In this document: piece by piece, positions 59,874 through 64,000 of the stretch | How positions within the stretch are numbered: position 1 is the first letter of the stretch | Layout of the letters: each line of letters opens with the position of its first letter | Program-made: the position numbers and the translations under genes | Origin: an uncultured delta proteobacterium | GTDB taxonomy: Bacteria; Myxococcota_A; UBA9160; UBA4427 | Direction: 5' to 3' | NCBI GenBank assembly: GCA_963822965.1 | Contig: CAWGJT010000005.1 | Coordinates: 1,120,001-1,184,000, forward strand | Length of the DNA: 64,000 bases | The notes under the pieces: model-generated | Databases searched by the model: none | What the model saw: only the letters and a program-made list of their open reading frames with translations | What the model was told of the DNA's origin: nothing

Positions 59874-61958
59874 TCAGTAGAAGCGGACGAGCGTCACCGC
59901 GAGCCAGGTCGACAGCAGGACCGGCCAGAACGCCAGCTTCAGGATCAGGTGGTCGCGGTAGGCGAAGAGCCTGCCGCCGGCTCCCATCAGCGACATGGCC
60001 AGGGCGACGGTCTGGAGGGTGATGAGCACGTACATCGAGAAGTAGAACAGCTCGATGTACGCGATCTCCGGTGTCTGGATGCGGTTCCGCTCGTTGACGT
60101 GAGCCAGCAGCAGGATGAAGAGGAAGCCCGCCGAGCTCTGGATCACGTTCATGGTGGTGAGGCCGGAGCGGTCGTCGTCCTTGCTGGACGAGACGCACAG
60201 CACGATGAACGTGATGAGGGCGACGATCAGGATGGGAATGATGTTGGCGATGAAGGGGCTGAGCCAGACCCGCTTCGCGGCCATGTTGAAGACCAGGGCG
60301 GGCTGGCTGTCGACCGGAGCGTCGTTGCCGAAGCTGGTCTTGAAGTCGATCGTCTTGAAGGTGAAGAAGGTGGAGATCGTCTGGGACGAGGGCACGGTGA
60401 TGCCGGCGTTCAATCCCGGCTTGGCGGACGGGTTCAGGATCTCGTAGCTCTGCAGGTCCGGCACCAGCACGACGTGCCGCCCGGGGTCGGGATAGAGGAT
60501 CGCGAGCTCGATGTCGTTCTGCTCGAACGGGAACTGCTCGTAGCTGAAGTCCTGCTCGATCGTCGCGCGGAACTTCCATGTCACGACCACGTAGTCGTCG
60601 TGCTCGACCTGCGAGATCATGTCGCTGACCAAGCCCCTCGATTCGATCGCGGACACGTCAGGCAGGTAGAACGCGGGCGGCGCGACCTCGTAGAGCGCCT
60701 TCGGGTATCGCATCCAGAGCCTTCCGATCAGGCTCGCCTCGAACGGACCCAGCTCGTAGGACTCGATGAAGACGCCGGTGGGGACCGGATGGTAGGCCGC
60801 CTGGGCGACCTTGTAGAGGGCCCGGTCGTAGCGGTCGAGGTACTTCGCCAGGATCGTGCCGTTGACGACCCTCTCCTCGTCGCTCTCCATCAGCGAGAAG
60901 TCGGTGCTCAGGTTCAGGTACCAGATGACGACGATGTTGCCGACGATGACCAGGGACGCCGCGGCGACCATCCACCACAGTCGCCGCGATTCGAGCCGCA
61001 TCGTCGTGGACAGGAAGATCAGGGCAGCGATCAGCAGCCCGCCGATGCCGAGGGCGACGTGGATCTCCTTCCTCCGCCCCTGGTCGGACGCCCCTAGCAG
61101 ATCGTCCTCGGCGAACACCAGCACGCTCTTCCAGCCCGTCGACTCGAGCCGCCGAAAGAAGAACCACGAGAACTTGTACGTATAGGTGCTGTTGTACGCG
61201 ACGACGCCCTCCGAGTCGTTGCGCATTTTCTCCAGGATCGCCTCGTCCTTGCCGTCCCGTAGCTGGAAGACGTTCTCCATCAGATAGGCTGGATCGGGAT
61301 GCGAGAGGATGGCGCCGCTCTGGTCGTAGGTGAATCCATAGCCCGATTCGCCGACGCTCAGCGAGTCGACGATGCGGGTGAAGTCGCTCAGGGTGATGGC
61401 GTAGTCGACGATTCCCGTGAGCTCGCCCTGCGCATCGCGCAACGGCACGCCGAAGTCGACGACCATCGCCTGGGCGGCCTCCGCGTAGTACGGGGCGGAC
61501 CACCGGGCCTCCTCCGAGTCGGCGACGCGTGTGTACCAGCGGGCGGTCTCGAGCTGCCGATCGGTGTAGTCGTAGCTGTCCTCGACGAGCTGGAACTCGT
61601 TGCGGCTCTTGTTGAAGAAGGGCGCATAGCGGTCGCGGCCCGCGAAGCGTCCGGGCTCGAACGCCACGGTCACCCCGAGCACCAGGGGAAGCTCGAGGCT
61701 CGCTCGCCGGATGCTGGCGAGCAGCGCCCGCTCGTCCTGGATGCCCGCAACCTGGCGCGCGAAGCTCTCGGCATGCTGCGAGACCGCGTTCAGCTCGGCG
61801 TCCAGCGCGACCGCGACGCGAACTCCCGCCCGCTCGCCGAGATCGATGCTCCTCTTGTCCCGTTCGCGCTGATAGCTCGTGTAGTCGAGGACGAGATAGA
61901 CGGTCAGGATCAGCGTGCCGGCCAGGAACAGGCCGGACACGAGCCGGGCGCGTTGCAA
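59874..61958 (-). CDS. Cache-domain-fused prokaryotic pentameric ligand-gated ion channel (Pro-loop) subunit
   Basis: TM; Cache motifs (RWY, WSAPYY, ILSHPD); 2 TM; VPTGVFIES; QDFSYEQFPFEQ loop; FNMAAKR pre-M1; IIP in M1; four C-terminal TM helices. Confidence 0.78.
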   Translation of the reverse strand: MQRARLVSGLFLAGTLILTVYLVLDYTSYQRERDKRSIDLGERAGVRVAVALDAELNAVSQHAESFARQVAGIQDERALLASIRRASLELPLVLGVTVAFEPGRFAGRDRYAPFFNKSRNEFQLVEDSYDYTDRQLETARWYTRVADSEEARWSAPYYAEAAQAMVVDFGVPLRDAQGELTGIVDYAITLSDFTRIVDSLSVGESGYGFTYDQSGAILSHPDPAYLMENVFQLRDGKDEAILEKMRNDSEGVVAYNSTYTYKFSWFFFRRLESTGWKSVLVFAEDDLLGASDQGRRKEIHVALGIGGLLIAALIFLSTTMRLESRRLWWMVAAASLVIVGNIVVIWYLNLSTDFSLMESDEERVVNGTILAKYLDRYDRALYKVAQAAYHPVPTGVFIESYELGPFEASLIGRLWMRYPKALYEVAPPAFYLPDVSAIESRGLVSDMISQVEHDDYVVVTWKFRATIEQDFSYEQFPFEQNDIELAILYPDPGRHVVLVPDLQSYEILNPSAKPGLNAGITVPSSQTISTFFTFKTIDFKTSFGNDAPVDSQPALVFNMAAKRVWLSPFIANIIPILIVALITFIVLCVSSSKDDDRSGLTTMNVIQSSAGFLFILLLAHVNERNRIQTPEIAYIELFYFSMYVLITLQTVALAMSLMGAGGRLFAYRDHLILKLAFWPVLLSTWLAVTLVRFY

Positions 61959-62264
61959 GAAGTCCGCCTCCCCGATGGTCTTACGGGCAGCCGATGATTC
62001 TACCCCGGGTGAGTCGGGTTGGCGGACCCCGAGGCCCGCGCCGCGTGGACTGCGTCGACATACTACCGAGACGCCGCCGGTGGCGGGGCGCGCGTCTCCG
62101 GTTCGGTAGCCTATGTGACCAGACCGGCGGACCCGGAAGGCTACTCGCGCATGTCAGTGCCTGGGATCGCGGCGGCAGTGCCTGTCGAGCGGATGTCGCT
62201 GCAGCACAAGGCGGTCGAGCCGCAGCGCACTTCGAGGGTTTCCTGACGAAAGAAGGAAGACGAT

Positions 62265-63479
62265 GTGACCTACGAAACCCTGGCGCTGCTCGCGGGATTC
62301 GTCTTGATCTACAGCATCGTCGCCGGAGGCGTCGAACGTACCTGGATCAGCGGGCCCATCGTCTTCACTCTGTTCGGCCTGCTGGTTGGCCCGGTCGGCC
62401 TGGACCTCCTCTCGTTCGAGACGAACAAGGAAATGCTCAAGACATTCGCGGAGTTGACCCTGGCTCTGGTCTTGTTCACAGACGCCGCCAACGCCGATCT
62501 TCGGGTCTTGAGAAGGGCAGCCGGACTGCCCGTTCGGCTCCTGCTGATCGGCCTGCCGCTCACCATCGTGCTCGGCTATTTCGCGGGGCTGCTGCTCGAC
62601 CTCCACCTGACCGCACTGGAGCTCGCGCTGGTGGCGACCATGCTGGCGCCGACAGACGCCGCGCTCGGGGAGGCCGTCGTGACCAACGAAGTCGTCCCCA
62701 GCGATGTGCGCCAGGGTCTCAACGTGGAGAGCGGACTCAACGATGGCATCTGTGTGCCCATCCTGTTCGTGTTCCTCGCGCTCGCTCAGGGCACGGGCGT
62801 CGAACAGAGCACCTGGTCTCTCGCCCTGGGCCTGGTCGCCGAGGAGATCGGCATCGGCCTGGCGGTCGGTCTGGTTCTGGCGGGCGTCGTGGCGCAAGTG
62901 CTCAAGCTCGCTGCCAAGCATGAGTGGCTCTCACACACCTGGGTTCAGATTCCGATCGTCGCCCTGGCGCTGACCTGCTTCGGCACGGCACAGCTCCTCG
63001 GCGGCAGCGGCTTCATCGCGGCCTTCACGGGAGGTCTGCTCTTCGGTGCGCTGGAAAAGGAGCCCCGCGAGAAGCTGCTGCTGGCGGCCGAAGGCACAGG
63101 GGACACCTTCGCGCTGATCACCTGGATCATCTTCGGCGCGGCCGTGGTGGGCAAGGCCGCGGGCAGCTTCGAATGGCGGATCGTGCTCTACGCGGGATTG
63201 AGCCTGACCGTGATTCGCATGCTGCCCGTGTTCCTGTCGCTGGTCGGTTCGGGAATCACCACCGAGGGCAAGCTCTTCGTCGGCTGGTTCGGCCCGAGGG
63301 GGCTGGCCAGCATCGTGTTCGGCATCATCGTCCTGGAGGCGGGCCTGCCCAACAGCGGGACCATGGCCCTGGCCGTCGCCTGCACCATCATCCTGAGCAT
63401 TCTCGCGCACGGCGTCACCGCAAACCCCTGGGCCGAGGCCTATGGTGAGCGCAGCCGCCGAGCGGGAGGGAGCAGCTGA
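62265..63479 (+). CDS. CPA1/NhaP-type cation:proton antiporter
   Basis: LAPTDAAL, NVESGLNDG, VIRMLPV, GWFGPRGLAS. Confidence 0.92.
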   Translation: MTYETLALLAGFVLIYSIVAGGVERTWISGPIVFTLFGLLVGPVGLDLLSFETNKEMLKTFAELTLALVLFTDAANADLRVLRRAAGLPVRLLLIGLPLTIVLGYFAGLLLDLHLTALELALVATMLAPTDAALGEAVVTNEVVPSDVRQGLNVESGLNDGICVPILFVFLALAQGTGVEQSTWSLALGLVAEEIGIGLAVGLVLAGVVAQVLKLAAKHEWLSHTWVQIPIVALALTCFGTAQLLGGSGFIAAFTGGLLFGALEKEPREKLLLAAEGTGDTFALITWIIFGAAVVGKAAGSFEWRIVLYAGLSLTVIRMLPVFLSLVGSGITTEGKLFVGWFGPRGLASIVFGIIVLEAGLPNSGTMALAVACTIILSILAHGVTANPWAEAYGERSRRAGGSS

Positions 63480-63509
63480 TGCATCGGGTGCTGCCGGAGG
63501 TCGGCCGCG

Positions 63510-64000
63510 CTACTCGCCGACGAGCCGCTCGCTGAGCGGCGCAGTCCGGCCGGTCGCGCGCATCAGCTCGCGGCCGCGGATGAACTCGACCTCCACCGGG
63601 GTACCCGGGTCGTGGAAGCCGTTCGTCGTCCAGACGTCGGCCCGCGTGTAGATGGGAACCCCCGCGATCCGCACGATCCGATCGCCCCGCTGCAGCCCGG
63701 CGTCGGCGCCCACGCCCTTCTCGCCCACCCGGCAGACCTGGATGCCGGCGGCAGTCTCGACGTAGGACAGGCCGAGGCACGAGCGCGTGCAGCCGTTGTA
63801 GTGCCGCTTCACCATCTGCCCGGTCTCGAGGTACATCACCAGGTCGCGGAAGCCGTGCTCCCAGCCCAGGCCGTTCGAGACGGAGAAGATGTCCGCGTCC
63901 TCGCCCTCGCCGAACCCGAAGCGGGTGACGGCGATGGAGCAGCCCACCTCGCGGCTCTCGAACACGATGGTGAACTCCGCACGCTGTGGCGGATCGCCGG
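63510..64000 (-). CDS. PDZ-domain protein, C-terminal part (possible SRPBCC domain upstream); partial
   Basis: AGLQRGDRIVRIAG..VEVEFIRG; GWEHGFRDLVMYLETG. Confidence 0.7.
   Translation of the reverse strand, partial: GDPPQRAEFTIVFESREVGCSIAVTRFGFGEGEDADIFSVSNGLGWEHGFRDLVMYLETGQMVKRHYNGCTRSCLGLSYVETAAGIQVCRVGEKGVGADAGLQRGDRIVRIAGVPIYTRADVWTTNGFHDPGTPVEVEFIRGRELMRATGRTAPLSERLVGE

Noticed and set aside
61990..62260. Na+/Li+ riboswitch upstream of the antiporter
   Set aside because: Some hairpin potential, but I cannot match a consensus by eye.

Overview
A very GC-rich bacterial chromosomal window with about 55 genes. The gene style suggests Myxococcota or a related group; this is inferred from gene content, not from a marker gene. 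It is a patchwork of metabolic, transport, regulatory and secreted-protein genes, with no intact integrase, transposase, CRISPR array or rRNA. Several genes are split by single-base indels, mostly in short G/C runs, which look like long-read assembly errors. Notable items: (i) a Cache-domain-fused prokaryotic pentameric ligand-gated ion channel; (ii) a tRNA-Arg with the uncommon GCG anticodon, followed by possible integrase arm-site repeats; (iii) a PEP-CTERM beta-propeller/di-haem protein whose leader carries a 13-copy 12-bp repeat; (iv) two gene 3' ends amplified as tandem repeats; (v) a sigma70-like factor / sigma54-driven ACT protein / kinase-less 7TM-PAS cluster; (vi) back-to-back truncated regulators marking a probable deletion. 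All family assignments come from motif recognition by eye, not database searches.
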